A stretch of 64,000 nucleotides of DNA from a virus (IMGVR_UViG_3300020576_006344:1-64000); one strand, 5' to 3'. Positions 1 through 10,780 are shown, counted from the first letter of the stretch. Program-made: numbers and translations. The notes: generated by a model not told the origin, from the sequence alone.

Positions 1-725
1 GCGTAGGTCTGAGCAAGAAGTCCTCCCAATTCACTTGCGCCGGAGTATAGCGTGTTACCGCTCAATGTCGGAGCGAATGTCACTCCAGAGGAGATGAGGT
101 TCAGCACCGATGGCGATGCCACCAAGCCTACACTAGGAGCATTAGGCGTACCACCAGTGGTGATGTTGTTGCCTTGCTGCACCCACTGGTTCTGCACGGT
201 AATCGGCGCGTAGGCCGAGTTGAACTTGTTGGAGAGGGCGATTGATAGCTCAGTGGCGCCGGAAACGAATGTTGTGGCAGATACGGATGTTCCGCTTACA
301 GACATCGCCGTAATGGCCGTGAATACGGGCGAACCAGCAACGTTGATAATGGGCGCTGTGACAGTCCCGCCAGTTGTGATGTTGAGACCCGGCTGAACGT
401 ATGCCGTTGTACCACTGAGCGCGAACATCTGGCTCAACGGAGTGCCGCTCACGTATATGTTTGTTGCGCTGAAATTGACAGCGCTGAAGGACTGTGCTGC
501 GAAAGCGTTGAAAAATGGAAGGCCTCCCCACAGTGAAAGGAAATCAAGCGTCCTAGATCCGGTGGAACTCCATGACGCTGCGCCGTCCGTGTTGGTGTAC
601 AGGAGTCCCGTCTGTGTATCAAGGTACGTGCTGCCGCTCGTTGCCGTGTGGTCAGGTGTGCCCCCGCTTCCAATTTGTATTGAAACGAGACCTACTGAAA
701 TATCCCTGAGTCCTATGGTGGCCAT
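1..725 (-). CDS. Tail fibre-like repeat protein (partial, runs off the left edge)
   Basis: Not in the ORF track. ATG at 725 reads MATIGLRDISVGLVSIQIGSGAPDH... and stays open to the edge. It carries the same YVQPGLNITTGGT repeat as the neighbouring 2171-aa protein. Confidence 0.75.
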   Translation of the reverse strand, partial: MATIGLRDISVGLVSIQIGSGGTPDHTATSGSTYLDTQTGLLYTNTDGAASWSSTGSRTLDFLSLWGGLPFFNAFAAQSFSAVNFSATNIYVSGTPLSQMFALSGTTAYVQPGLNITTGGTVTAPIINVAGSPVFTAITAMSVSGTSVSATTFVSGATELSIALSNKFNSAYAPITVQNQWVQQGNNITTGGTPNAPSVGLVASPSVLNLISSGVTFAPTLSGNTLYSGASELGGLLAQTY

Positions 726-728
726 ATC

Positions 729-3700
729 TTAATACTTAGTTTCTACCTGCATTTGTATGAAGTCCATGATCGCGTCAGCGCTGGTTGTGGCATTGTTGAT
801 GTACAGGTGTGGAGTAAGGAAGACGGTTGAGGGCGGAACGTTCGTGTTGACCGACCCTTCGATCTTATCGGTGGAGTCCAATCGCTCCAAGTAGTAATTC
901 ACCACGGAGGAGTTTGGTGTCGCGTATAGATGTGCCTCGTACACCGTGTTGGCTGATGTAGCGGGGAACGCGGCTCCGAAGTCCACTACCGAAGCGGTTC
1001 CTGACCCATCATTGTACATGAACTTGACGTTGGTATCTCCCGAGTTGATACCGAAGCCCAAGATGGTACCCAAGCTGGTGGGCTCCACATTGCTTATGGC
1101 GGTAACGGCCGAGTACATACCCACGAACCACCGCATGTTGGTCTGCGCCTGTGCTATGCCGAACCTGAAGATGGCGTGGAACCCTCCTGCATTCGTGAGG
1201 TTGCCCAGCCAGAACGGAGCGGTTCCGCCGTTGTTGAAGATCATTGTTGCACTGGTAGAGGGCGTTGCGGTAGTACGCATTCCGACACGCTGCAATGACG
1301 CAAGAAGGCTTGATGTAGCGTATGTCTTCGGTTGCGATGTTCCGCCGATGATAGGAGATAGTCCGAAGCTGCTCAGCGTAGTTCCCCCATTACCCAAGGC
1401 CTTGACGAACCGCACGTTCGTCATACCCATGTGCGGCTGGAAGTTGGTTATCACTCCAGCGGCATCCTTGGTCTCCAACATGTTCCTTCCGGCTCTGGAG
1501 CGGTCATACAAACGTACTCCGTTGGCTGTACTGGAGGCGGTGTTGGATGAGTATGATTCCAGCACCAATGAGTTCGCGCTCATCGTGACCGCCGTCATGG
1601 ATACGGCCGTCACCGATGTGAAGATGGGCGTACCGGAGACATTGATTATCGGAGCGCTTGCGGTACCTCCAGTGGTAATGTTCAGTCCCGGCTGAACATA
1701 TGTGGCCGCTGCGGTACTGAACGTTGACAATATGGTGTTTAGAGGAGTACTACCGGAATAATACGTGGTGGCGGAGATGGACGTCGCCGACATCACATTT
1801 GCAGTCACTGCCGTAAACACAGGAGACCCAACGACTCCAACTATCGTATTGAATACAGTAGATGCCGTGTACGTGTTGGATCCGGGCGCCACAAACACAT
1901 TGGATAGGCCAAGATTGGTTCTGGTTGTCGCCGCTCCAGTTGGTGATGTCCATTGTAGTCCTGCATCATTCTTCACCAACATACCAACAAGTGTGTTGTT
2001 GAAGAATCTGGCTATGTCATTGACGTTCGTGCCGTCATTCGACACAGCAAAAAATGCAGGGAACGCAACACTGTCAGCAACGATACCGTAATTATTCTGG
2101 CTGAACCCATAGATACCTATTCCATCATTAGACTGTGATTGTATGCCATAGCTGACATCAGATGTTACGTTGACGGCATCAACACCAATGGCTTGTACAT
2201 TCAATGCTGTTATTCCACTGGAAGATGCAGACAGGTTACCATAAGGACCGAACTTGACAAGCTTGTCTCCATCAGCATCAAAGTTGCCTCCATAGCTCGC
2301 ATCTGTGATATCGGCGCTGACGTGAGTATGTGCGGATGATGCGAACACCGTCTGTAACGGTGTGCTACCGGAATAGTACGTGGCGGCGGATATGGACGTA
2401 GCGCTCAACGCAACGGCCGTGAGTCCCGTCAGATTTATCGTGCCAGCCAAGTTGACCACTGGAGCGAATGGGGTACCACCAGTAGTGATGTTCAATCCCG
2501 GCTGAACATAAGTTGTCGGGTTGGTATTGAATGTCGACAGTATGGTGTTGAACGGCGTGCTACCGGAGTAGAAACTGGTACCTGATATGGACGTACCACT
2601 GAGCGATTGCGCTGTAACTCCCGTAAGGATGATGGACCCCGCGAGGCTAACGATGGGGATGTTCGCTGTGCCTCCAGTGGCTATGTTCAAACCCGGTTGA
2701 ACATAGGTTGGTATGGTTGCGGTGAAGAGGGAGCCCAACTCGGATGCGCCAGAATAGTACACGGCGGCCGTGATGCGATTGCTCGCCTTGGCGTTCATCA
2801 TGAACACCGTGTCAACAGCATCAGACACTTGATCGTGTCCTCCCAGAATGGTAGATCCGGAATGAGTGAGCTTGTTGGCGTAACCGCCTACAATGACAGC
2901 GCCGATAATTCCGGAACCACTGAGCACATGGTCGATGCCTCCGATGATGGAGTTTCCGGACAAGCTACTATCATAGGGTGTGCTTCCTACAATATAGCTA
3001 CCGATGGCGCCAAGTATGACTGACGGTCCTCCAGCATTTATTATGCTAGAGTATACGGAAGAAATAGCGTATGCGTAGTACGAATTAAGGAATGTGATAT
3101 TGGTACTACCGAAGACGCTTCCGCTTCCGCTGTACGAACCAAAGCTTGAGTAGAAGGATCCAACACCAACGCTGCCCCCGAACACGTTGTATTGACCGCC
3201 TATCTCAACGGTTGAAATAGGAGCATTGAATATGGAACCAATAGAGCCGAATGCCACGTTATGGTTCCCTCCGTACATTTCGGTGCTATTGGAGGAAATG
3301 ATGGTTCCATATCCGCCTACGTCTTCGTACTGAACAATGTTGTTACTACCGCCAATGATAATGGCTTCGTAAGCATTCGTTGATGCTGTCGATGCGTATG
3401 AGCTTAGTATCATTGCTCCGTCAGAACCATCCCTTATCAAAGAGGAGTTCGAGAACAACATCTTGGCTCCGTATGTATTACTGATGGTTGATCCCCAACC
3501 ACCTACGATGTTATTGGAGTAATGACCTGTTGGAAGAGTTCCACTTATGATGGAGTCACGAGCGCCTATGATGTTCGATCCAGCATTGGATCCTGAGAAC
3601 GTATTGTTCCAACCTCCAATGATGGTGGAGCCAGATATGTCGAACGAGTCTGCCTCACTGAACACATGCGCAGGACCAACGAACAACGAGCCCCCTCCGT

Positions 3701-6700
3701 TGGCGGGCGTACCGCTGAGAACCATGTTCTTCTCCAGCGCGATGTGTCCATTACCGAGAACCTGATCCAATGTTGGATTGGATACAGCGGCTATGATGAG
3801 GTTCAGCGGCGTATTACCGGAGTAATATGTCGTTGCGGAAATAGAAGTACCAGAGATGGAGTTGGCCGTGACTCCGGTAAGGAAAATGGAAGTGGCTAGG
3901 TTGACCACCGGGTCATACGTTGTACCGCCAGTTGTGATGTTCAGTCCCGGCTGAACATACGTGTTCGTTCCGCCAGTGGCAACATCATCAAGAGTGGCTA
4001 TGATGCCGCTCTTGACCGGAAGGAACAGCATATGGTTCTGAGATACGCCACCATTGTTCGTCAGTCCAGTGACGGCAATGGTTATACGATCAAAAAACAA
4101 AGTAGAATAATCATACGACTGGAAAGTGATGTACTGTACTATCTCGGTTCCAGCACTCGCATTTCCTAAGGACAACCCGCCGCCGAAACCACCTTCGTAG
4201 TAAGTGATACCTCCCATTATACCCGGAATCAAGCTCTGTATGGTGGTATAGTCGAGGAAGTAGAAGTTCGATGGGCTCTTGAACGTCAAGTTGGGCGTGA
4301 AGCCCATATTCAAATCAGAACCTATGAAAGGATTGGATGAACCTGATAGTAATACATTGAGTTCTTGGAAGTAAATGCCACGGATAGCGAAAGGATCGCT
4401 ATCGGATGTCATGTAGATGTTGTTCGATGTAGTGTTTCCTGCGGATGTTACAGCTTGAAGAGTAGCGACCGGAAGTTGGGAGAAGACAGTGTTCAGAGGG
4501 GTGCTTCCGGAGTAAAAAGTATCTCCTGTGATCGATGTCGCGAACACAGAGTCTGCTGTAACTGCGCTGAAGAACGGGCTATCTACCACATTCACGACGG
4601 GGGCATACTGGGTGCCGCCTGTGGTGATATTCGTTCCCGGCTGAACATAGGTGCTGGTGCCGCCAGTTACGTCATCAAGATATGCAACGGTTCCGTTCTT
4701 CTTCTGGAAGTTGGCTGTGTAATAGGTGTTGCTGGCGTCCGATGTGCCGGAGGCCATAAGGAATACAGTGCTGTTGTAGTTGTTGGTCGTGTCTTTCTCT
4801 CCAAGAGTGATGTAGTTCCAAAAAACATCCGATCCGGTGTTGGCGGATAGCGCGCCAATGTTGACAGTGGGTGCAGAGTAAGAAGGACCAAATGCAAAGA
4901 GATAATGGTGTGAAAGAGATCCGGGATAGAATGCAACATCAGGCACAGGGGCTCTTGAGACTCCGACCACATAGCCCGGTGAAGAGTAAGCCAGACTTCC
5001 GAAAGATATCGTATAGTCATAACCTATCCACGCGTCAGTGCTTGCTGAAAGTGAGGGATTAGTCTCCTTGAAAATGACCTTCCTCTGTAGGTCAAAGCCG
5101 ATTCCATCTCCCTGAAGAACAATGCTATCGTCCGCCGTGTTGCCAACGGCCACGACCTGTCCAAAACTTGGAGTGGTTCCGATACCGGACAGAATGGTAT
5201 TGAATGGAGTGCTGCCGGAATAGAAAGTTACGCCCGAGATGTTGGTAGCGAAAACCGAGTCTGCTGTAATGGCGCTGAAGAACGGGTCGTCAACGACATT
5301 GATGACAGGAAGGTTTGGCGTGCCTCCAGTAGAGATGTTCGTTCCCGGCTGTACGTACGTCGTATTCCCGCTCGCGACATCGCTGAGCATGGCCACCGTT
5401 CCGCTCTTATTGGGGAAGTTGGCGATGTATTGTCCATACGAGGCGGTGGATGTTCCGGTTGCCGTCAACAGGACTTCACCGCCATAGTTATTGCTGGTAT
5501 CTTTCTCGGATAGACGCAGGTAGTTGTATGTACGATCTATGCCTGTGTTCGCAGACAAAAATCCCATCCATATGGGTGGGGCGATGCCGGTGTCCTCTCC
5601 TAGGTAAAAGTTGGGCGTCGATACAAGATATCCTGACGCTGGTGCGATAGAGGCCTTGGTGATGGCATATATCGTGTGGGGGCTCTCCAACAACAACTCC
5701 GCTATGCCTATCAAAGACATGTCCACTCCTACGGATGGGTCCGACGCGTTGGGAGAACCGGGGTCGGTGTCGTGGAACAACACTTTTCTGGAAAGCCCCC
5801 CACCGCTTCCATCGCCTTGCAGGGTAATACTTCTGATGGCGGTGTTACCGGCATTGACCACCGTCTCCAAAGTCAATGCGTTCTGTAGCAGAGAACCGCC
5901 GGAATAAATCGTAGTGGCGAATACGGATGCCGCAGTGACTGCGGTGAATGTCGGCGAACCAGATACGCTGATGATGGGCGCCTGAGCGGTACCACCGGTG
6001 GTGATATTGGAACCGGGTTGAACGTAAGTGGAAGCGCCAGCGCTGATCAACGTACCCAATATGGTGTTCAGCGGCGTATTACCGGAATAGTACGTTACGG
6101 CCGATAACGAGGTGAATGACGGTGAGGCCACCACACTCACGATGGGCAAGCTCGGGGTTCCGCCTGTGGTGATGTTGGTTCCCGGCTGAACGTACGTTGG
6201 AGTGACGCCAATGAGCGACGACAATATCGTGTTCAGCGGTGTGCTGCCGGAGTAGTACGTCGTGGCACTGAACTCACCGAGTATCGCCGCATTGCCAGAG
6301 GCGATGTTACCGGCATTGATGACCGACTGTAATGTAGCAACTGTGCCACCCGTGACCCCAACGGACATCGTCGTGGTGGTGATCGAATTCTTGGTGCGGT
6401 ATACACGATAGGTTATCGGGATACCGTTCCTAGTGACCGATACAGGACTGTAGAAGAAAGCTCCATCGAACGAGGCATATCCATCGCTCGTACCGGCCAT
6501 TTCAATGGGCAGGTTCGTGGTGGAATCCCTGAATCCGTTCGGTGTAGAGAATGAGTTGGGTACGCACAGATACCCGTATCCTGTTCCAGCAAGCGAATAA
6601 GACCCAGCGATGTCGGACGCCAGAGCGGTTCCGGCCAACGCCACGATGGCAGCGGCGTTCAGCGTCAAGCTGGCGCTTATCCCATAGAAGACCGCGTATT

Positions 6701-7244
6701 GCCAGTTGATCGTATAAGTCCGACTGAATACGTTCGCGTCGGTATCCTGACCATAGATGGTCCATACGTTATAGTCGGGAGTGGTCTTGGTGACGGATGA
6801 CAGGAAGATGGTCTCGGTTCCATCATTGGCCAGTCCGGAAGCCAGTACCGTTGAATTGGTCGTGTCCTCAATTGAGATGGAGTTCGCTTGTAGGTCAGCG
6901 GTATTGGCCATTCCCCACGTGAACGTCTTGGAGCCCGCCACAGTGTCTCCGACCTCCAGCAACGTGGACTGCGCTGTTATCAGGAACGATGTGAAATTGG
7001 GCGTTACCGCTGGGTACAGCAGCAGGTCCATCATGTCCTGCAAGTAGAAGTCGCCAACGAAGGTCGTGCCAGCAGGGATGCCGCCCACTGTAGCAGTGGT
7101 CGGGTTGGCATTGGTGAACTTGCTCGCAGATATGCCCGTGAACGATGAGAACGCGAGTATCGAGAAGTTGTAATTGATCTTATACCTGCCCTCGTTCGGG
7201 GTATCTGGTGGATCGATTATGAGCAGGGTGGCGCCTGATGGCAT
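729..7244 (-). CDS. Giant S/T/G-rich tail fibre / receptor-binding protein (2171 aa)
   Basis: Eight YVQPGxNI(T/S/A)TGGT repeats, repeated YSGSTPLNTI and TLQxVxxxGN motifs, and a central (S/I)IIGGxxN beta-roll-like region. TATTTA lies upstream. Confidence 0.75.
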   Translation of the reverse strand: MPSGATLLIIDPPDTPNEGRYKINYNFSILAFSSFTGISASKFTNANPTTATVGGIPAGTTFVGDFYLQDMMDLLLYPAVTPNFTSFLITAQSTLLEVGDTVAGSKTFTWGMANTADLQANSISIEDTTNSTVLASGLANDGTETIFLSSVTKTTPDYNVWTIYGQDTDANVFSRTYTINWQYAVFYGISASLTLNAAAIVALAGTALASDIAGSYSLAGTGYGYLCVPNSFSTPNGFRDSTTNLPIEMAGTSDGYASFDGAFFYSPVSVTRNGIPITYRVYRTKNSITTTTMSVGVTGGTVATLQSVINAGNIASGNAAILGEFSATTYYSGSTPLNTILSSLIGVTPTYVQPGTNITTGGTPSLPIVSVVASPSFTSLSAVTYYSGNTPLNTILGTLISAGASTYVQPGSNITTGGTAQAPIISVSGSPTFTAVTAASVFATTIYSGGSLLQNALTLETVVNAGNTAIRSITLQGDGSGGGLSRKVLFHDTDPGSPNASDPSVGVDMSLIGIAELLLESPHTIYAITKASIAPASGYLVSTPNFYLGEDTGIAPPIWMGFLSANTGIDRTYNYLRLSEKDTSNNYGGEVLLTATGTSTASYGQYIANFPNKSGTVAMLSDVASGNTTYVQPGTNISTGGTPNLPVINVVDDPFFSAITADSVFATNISGVTFYSGSTPFNTILSGIGTTPSFGQVVAVGNTADDSIVLQGDGIGFDLQRKVIFKETNPSLSASTDAWIGYDYTISFGSLAYSSPGYVVGVSRAPVPDVAFYPGSLSHHYLFAFGPSYSAPTVNIGALSANTGSDVFWNYITLGEKDTTNNYNSTVFLMASGTSDASNTYYTANFQKKNGTVAYLDDVTGGTSTYVQPGTNITTGGTQYAPVVNVVDSPFFSAVTADSVFATSITGDTFYSGSTPLNTVFSQLPVATLQAVTSAGNTTSNNIYMTSDSDPFAIRGIYFQELNVLLSGSSNPFIGSDLNMGFTPNLTFKSPSNFYFLDYTTIQSLIPGIMGGITYYEGGFGGGLSLGNASAGTEIVQYITFQSYDYSTLFFDRITIAVTGLTNNGGVSQNHMLFLPVKSGIIATLDDVATGGTNTYVQPGLNITTGGTTYDPVVNLATSIFLTGVTANSISGTSISATTYYSGNTPLNLIIAAVSNPTLDQVLGNGHIALEKNMVLSGTPANGGGSLFVGPAHVFSEADSFDISGSTIIGGWNNTFSGSNAGSNIIGARDSIISGTLPTGHYSNNIVGGWGSTISNTYGAKMLFSNSSLIRDGSDGAMILSSYASTASTNAYEAIIIGGSNNIVQYEDVGGYGTIISSNSTEMYGGNHNVAFGSIGSIFNAPISTVEIGGQYNVFGGSVGVGSFYSSFGSYSGSGSVFGSTNITFLNSYYAYAISSVYSSIINAGGPSVILGAIGSYIVGSTPYDSSLSGNSIIGGIDHVLSGSGIIGAVIVGGYANKLTHSGSTILGGHDQVSDAVDTVFMMNAKASNRITAAVYYSGASELGSLFTATIPTYVQPGLNIATGGTANIPIVSLAGSIILTGVTAQSLSGTSISGTSFYSGSTPFNTILSTFNTNPTTYVQPGLNITTGGTPFAPVVNLAGTINLTGLTAVALSATSISAATYYSGSTPLQTVFASSAHTHVSADITDASYGGNFDADGDKLVKFGPYGNLSASSSGITALNVQAIGVDAVNVTSDVSYGIQSQSNDGIGIYGFSQNNYGIVADSVAFPAFFAVSNDGTNVNDIARFFNNTLVGMLVKNDAGLQWTSPTGAATTRTNLGLSNVFVAPGSNTYTASTVFNTIVGVVGSPVFTAVTANVMSATSISATTYYSGSTPLNTILSTFSTAAATYVQPGLNITTGGTASAPIINVSGTPIFTSVTAVSMTAVTMSANSLVLESYSSNTASSTANGVRLYDRSRAGRNMLETKDAAGVITNFQPHMGMTNVRFVKALGNGGTTLSSFGLSPIIGGTSQPKTYATSSLLASLQRVGMRTTATPSTSATMIFNNGGTAPFWLGNLTNAGGFHAIFRFGIAQAQTNMRWFVGMYSAVTAISNVEPTSLGTILGFGINSGDTNVKFMYNDGSGTASVVDFGAAFPATSANTVYEAHLYATPNSSVVNYYLERLDSTDKIEGSVNTNVPPSTVFLTPHLYINNATTSADAIMDFIQMQVETKY

Positions 7245-7266
7245 AGCGTTCTGATGGGGTCCATCA

Positions 7267-7272
7267 TAAATA
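7267..7272 (-). promoter_or_regulatory. TATTTA candidate late promoter
   Basis: 22 nt upstream of the fibre gene ATG (7244). Confidence 0.6.
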
Positions 7273-7290
7273 GACCCCTACCCTTTTCGG

Positions 7291-8058
7291 TCAAGCTTTC
7301 GTATTGGTCAGGAAATCAGCATCATGGCTGGTCATTGCGCCATTGCTGAAGAGCACGAACTCACGCAGAGCTTCATGATATTTTTCAACTGGCTCCTTGT
7401 TTCCTTTGCCCTGTTGTTGCAGTACAGTGGCGCTGACGCGTCCGTTCGGTCCGTGGTTCAAGGTTATCTCGATGGTGACGTGTGGCATGTTGTTCTCATC
7501 ACGCAGCGATACGATGAAAGCACGGTTGTTGTCGATCAATTTCGTATAATGGCCTCCGTGGGTACCAACGCAATGTCCCATCGAGTATCCTTCGAACTGG
7601 AGATCGGAGGGCTTCAGGAGGTACAGGAAGCAACCGTTGGAGCATCTGTATATCACGCGCCCCGTGTCGATAGGTTGTGGTCGGACCACGCCTTGATCGA
7701 GCAGGCGTTCTATCCACCTCTTTTGTTGCTCGAACGCCTGCTCGTAACTGAGCGAGGAGAGGTTGGGCCGAGTCTCGATGGCCCAGTCGATGATAAGGAA
7801 CAGGTCGCCCTCCCTGTCCAATATGGTGTTGCGCGGAGGGTCCATCATAAGCTCGCGTCGCACCTGATTGGCTATCCACACATCATACTTGTGTTTCCTG
7901 CGGTCATCGTTCCCTTGATTGCCGACGAAGCCGAACCTGTCGCCGATGGAGGATATGCGACGTACAAGTTCCTCCGCCTCCGCATCACCCATTAACTTGG
8001 GATGGAACAGGCCCTTTATGTGGAGTTCACGAGCGGTGAATTCAGACCGTTGTTGCAT
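7291..8058 (-). CDS. PcfJ-like domain protein
   Basis: C-terminal LQFEGYSMGHCVG...Y...IVSLRDENNMPHVTIEI...QQQGKGN matches the PcfJ pattern. Confidence 0.7.
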   Translation of the reverse strand: MQQRSEFTARELHIKGLFHPKLMGDAEAEELVRRISSIGDRFGFVGNQGNDDRRKHKYDVWIANQVRRELMMDPPRNTILDREGDLFLIIDWAIETRPNLSSLSYEQAFEQQKRWIERLLDQGVVRPQPIDTGRVIYRCSNGCFLYLLKPSDLQFEGYSMGHCVGTHGGHYTKLIDNNRAFIVSLRDENNMPHVTIEITLNHGPNGRVSATVLQQQGKGNKEPVEKYHEALREFVLFSNGAMTSHDADFLTNTKA

Positions 8059-8314
8059 GCAATTTCAACATCACCTCCAGATCATTGTCGGGGATGTCGG
8101 TCGTGTAGTAGATCACCGTGTACTGCTTGTCCAGTTCCTTGACAATGCCATACTTGCTGACGCTTATCTTGCACTTGACGGTGTTGTTCTCCTCATCGAC
8201 CGAGAAATCCCTGAGCGTGTACGCCTTCAGGGTGCGTATTATCTTGTTCTTCAAGATGCTACGTCGCTTCTTGTTGAAATCACGCTTGTTGATCTTGTAT
8301 TCAGACTTGATCAT
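8042..8314 (-). CDS. Hypothetical basic protein
   Basis: 90-aa ORF overlapping both neighbours, operon-like. Confidence 0.6.
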   Translation of the reverse strand: MIKSEYKINKRDFNKKRRSILKNKIIRTLKAYTLRDFSVDEENNTVKCKISVSKYGIVKELDKQYTVIYYTTDIPDNDLEVMLKLHATTV

Positions 8315-8822
8315 TCTTGATACGCTTTAGTCCGAGAGCCTCTATCTTCTTTTTCACAGAATGCTTGTTTCTGCCAAGCTTGTCGGCGCAATGCTGGAGA
8401 CCATGTTTGGGATAGACCCTCTTCAGGTATGTGATCTCATCGTCTTCCCACTTGATTCTGGTCGCTTCGCTATCTTCCACGACCACTGCGACCTCCGTCT
8501 GCTCGACCGGGTCGGACTGGGCCTCCACCCGTGCCCAATGACCATCGGGATAGGCTTCGTAATAGTTCGCGTCGCTGGGCTTGGCTGTCGTCGATAGCTC
8601 CAAGAATCCCTTTTTGGTGTACACCAGAAGCGACTTGGTATCACGCTCATCAGGGCACCAGAACACTTCGCCAGCAGACAGTTGCACCACGATGTCACGG
8701 CCCATCACATCGCCCTTCACGTGTACAGGAAGGGCGTGCTGTAGCTTGCTGATGTTCTTGATCTGTCTATCTGGCATTTGACTGGTTTCTGTTTCCCTGA
8801 AAATAGCTTGGTATTGCGTCAA
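8301..8822 (-). CDS. Protein with C-terminal Myb/HTH-like DNA-binding domain
   Basis: KWEDDEITYLKRVYPKHGLQHCADKLGRNKHSVKKKIEALGL. The start may instead be the ATG at 8777. Confidence 0.6.
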   Translation of the reverse strand: MTQYQAIFRETETSQMPDRQIKNISKLQHALPVHVKGDVMGRDIVVQLSAGEVFWCPDERDTKSLLVYTKKGFLELSTTAKPSDANYYEAYPDGHWARVEAQSDPVEQTEVAVVVEDSEATRIKWEDDEITYLKRVYPKHGLQHCADKLGRNKHSVKKKIEALGLKRIKNDQV

Positions 8823-8846
8823 AACAAAGGGGCCTTGCGGCCCCTT
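8821..8846 (-). terminator. Rho-independent terminator
   Basis: Minus strand AAGGGGCC-GCAA-GGCCCCTT followed by TGTTTT, just after the stop at 8868. Confidence 0.75.
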
Positions 8847-8867
8847 GTGCTCATGTGGCCGATCCGA

Positions 8868-10661
8868 TCACACAGGTTGGTAGTTCGGGTTATTCACCAG
8901 AGTGCCGGTGAGATAGTCATGAATGTAGGCGCACTTGGTGTTCTTGTACTCGCTTTCCTTCACGAGGTGCTCGATGGAGAACAGCGTGTTCTTCTTGTAC
9001 ACCTTGATGATGTTGTCCCCGTCGATCTTGTCGCCTTCCTCGATGTTCTCGTTGCGCATGTCGACCACTTCTTCATTGTCGTTCACCTTGCGGGTCACTG
9101 ACTCGGAGATGACCTTCTTGTCTGGAGTTACGCTCTCAGCGCGCCTGATGGTCTCGTTCTGATCGATGGTCGCCAGACGTTCCCAGCGACTGTTGCGCTC
9201 CGCCTCGGTGATTGGCGTCTCGTGGATGTATCTCTTGCGCACGGACTCATCAATGCTCATGTAGCGCTCCACGCTCTCCTTTTGCTTGATCTGAGCCTCA
9301 TTCTTGGCGGCATTGTGACGCTCAAAGTCTCCGTCCTTGAAAGCCTTGCCTTGGGGGAATTTCTGTATTCCGCCGCTGTTGTACTCCTCCTCGGCCTCAC
9401 TGTTGATCTCGATGTCCTCAGCGCCGGGAGCGCCCATGATGTGGTCTTTCTTGTACTTATTCAGGGTCTCCTGTGAAACGACCGTCCAGAATCCATCCGT
9501 GCCTTCAACGATACGTGGGCTCCAATTGCCGATGCCCTCCCTCAGTCGCTTGCGCTTGCCATACTCGGTGTCGGCGAACTTCCTCTTGGATGGCTTTCCG
9601 ATGGGCGCGTCATATCCGATGTTTCCGATGGAGCCCGCTCCGGCGCCAGCAGTGGTGACTTCCTTGATGGCCGCTTGCAGACTTTCGTTGGTCATGGCGC
9701 CTTCCAGCGTGTCGAACTCTGACCTGAGGTATCCCTCTGGCGCTATCTTGCTCGGTGGGGCACCATGAATGTCTATGGTGTAATAGATGTAGTTGTGACC
9801 GTTGGAATTGGTATGCCATTTTTTGACCACACCGGACTGTCCGAAGTTGGGGTCTCCCACCTTGGTGATCACGACGTCCTGACCGATGATAGCCTCATCC
9901 ACCTCTTTGTCGTTCGCAACTTCATCCAAGGCCACTTCATCCATCTCGTCCGAAAGGATCAAATTGTCCTCCGGGCAGGGGTCGGTAGTAGATGGGGACT
10001 CAAGGAAGGCGAACGACTCGTTTTTCATGGAGGTCACCTTGTTGATGAAGTCCTCATCGGATGAGAAAAGAACATCGTTCATACTGAGCTTGTTCTCTAC
10101 CATGGACGCAGTGGACTTCTCGATGGGGTCCTCGGTGCCCAGCTTCGTGGAAGTCATGTACGCAGCCTCTTTGGCGGCGAACTCCTTCATCTTGGATTGG
10201 AACTCCTTCTTGAATTTTTCCATGTCTTTAAGGTCGAATTGCAGTTGTTCATTGATCATCATGGGGCCAGTTGGGCTACCGTAACCACGGAAGGCCGAAG
10301 CCTCGGTGGTGCGGTACCGCATCTCCATTGTTGATGTTGTCGGTTGAATGGAGATGTGTATCTCGATACCCATGCGCTTCCCGCCGAAGGATATGATCTT
10401 CTCCATCATGGACTGGGTCTGCCCGGCTATCTTCACGTTGAAGTGGCTCGTGGCTGCTCCCATGCCCCATGCGCGGCCATCGGCGTATACGCCAGCGGGC
10501 TTGTCCGCTTGTGGGAACCCAGCGTCCTTGAAAGCCTCCTCAGTGGTGCTTTCCAAGGTCTCACGAACAAAGGTGATGACCTCTCCCTTGAGGCCCAATG
10601 CTTTGTTGAATTCGTCCCCTCTTGGGACTATTCCCTTGTTGTAGATCGTGTCTTTGGCCAT
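8868..10661 (-). CDS. Probable head-internal virion protein
   Basis: Acidic, many (L/I/V/M)xE motifs, IKEVTTAGAGAGSIGNIGYDAP segment. TATTTA upstream favours the MAKDT start (track start 10682). Confidence 0.6.
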   Translation of the reverse strand: MAKDTIYNKGIVPRGDEFNKALGLKGEVITFVRETLESTTEEAFKDAGFPQADKPAGVYADGRAWGMGAATSHFNVKIAGQTQSMMEKIISFGGKRMGIEIHISIQPTTSTMEMRYRTTEASAFRGYGSPTGPMMINEQLQFDLKDMEKFKKEFQSKMKEFAAKEAAYMTSTKLGTEDPIEKSTASMVENKLSMNDVLFSSDEDFINKVTSMKNESFAFLESPSTTDPCPEDNLILSDEMDEVALDEVANDKEVDEAIIGQDVVITKVGDPNFGQSGVVKKWHTNSNGHNYIYYTIDIHGAPPSKIAPEGYLRSEFDTLEGAMTNESLQAAIKEVTTAGAGAGSIGNIGYDAPIGKPSKRKFADTEYGKRKRLREGIGNWSPRIVEGTDGFWTVVSQETLNKYKKDHIMGAPGAEDIEINSEAEEEYNSGGIQKFPQGKAFKDGDFERHNAAKNEAQIKQKESVERYMSIDESVRKRYIHETPITEAERNSRWERLATIDQNETIRRAESVTPDKKVISESVTRKVNDNEEVVDMRNENIEEGDKIDGDNIIKVYKKNTLFSIEHLVKESEYKNTKCAYIHDYLTGTLVNNPNYQPV

Positions 10662-10681
10662 TGATGAGCGATTGCTCATCA

Positions 10682-10687
10682 TAAATA
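10682..10687 (-). promoter_or_regulatory. TATTTA candidate late promoter
   Basis: Upstream of 8868..10661, divergent from the copy at 10770. Confidence 0.6.
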
Positions 10688-10769
10688 GCCTTGTTTTCCG
10701 CCAAGGACAGCCTAGAACCGCACCACGCGATTAACCATGATTCAATCCTGCTGATTGGCAAACACTACC

Positions 10770-10775
10770 TATTTA
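10770..10775 (+). promoter_or_regulatory. TATTTA candidate late promoter
   Basis: 5 nt upstream of the HNH ATG (10781). Confidence 0.55.
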
Positions 10776-10780
10776 GGTGC

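Noticed and set aside
380-6200. Recurring cccggctgaac-type DNA repeats as a CRISPR array or DGR template
   Set aside because: They are degenerate, irregularly spaced and in frame with a protein repeat. No reverse transcriptase or cas operon is present in the window.
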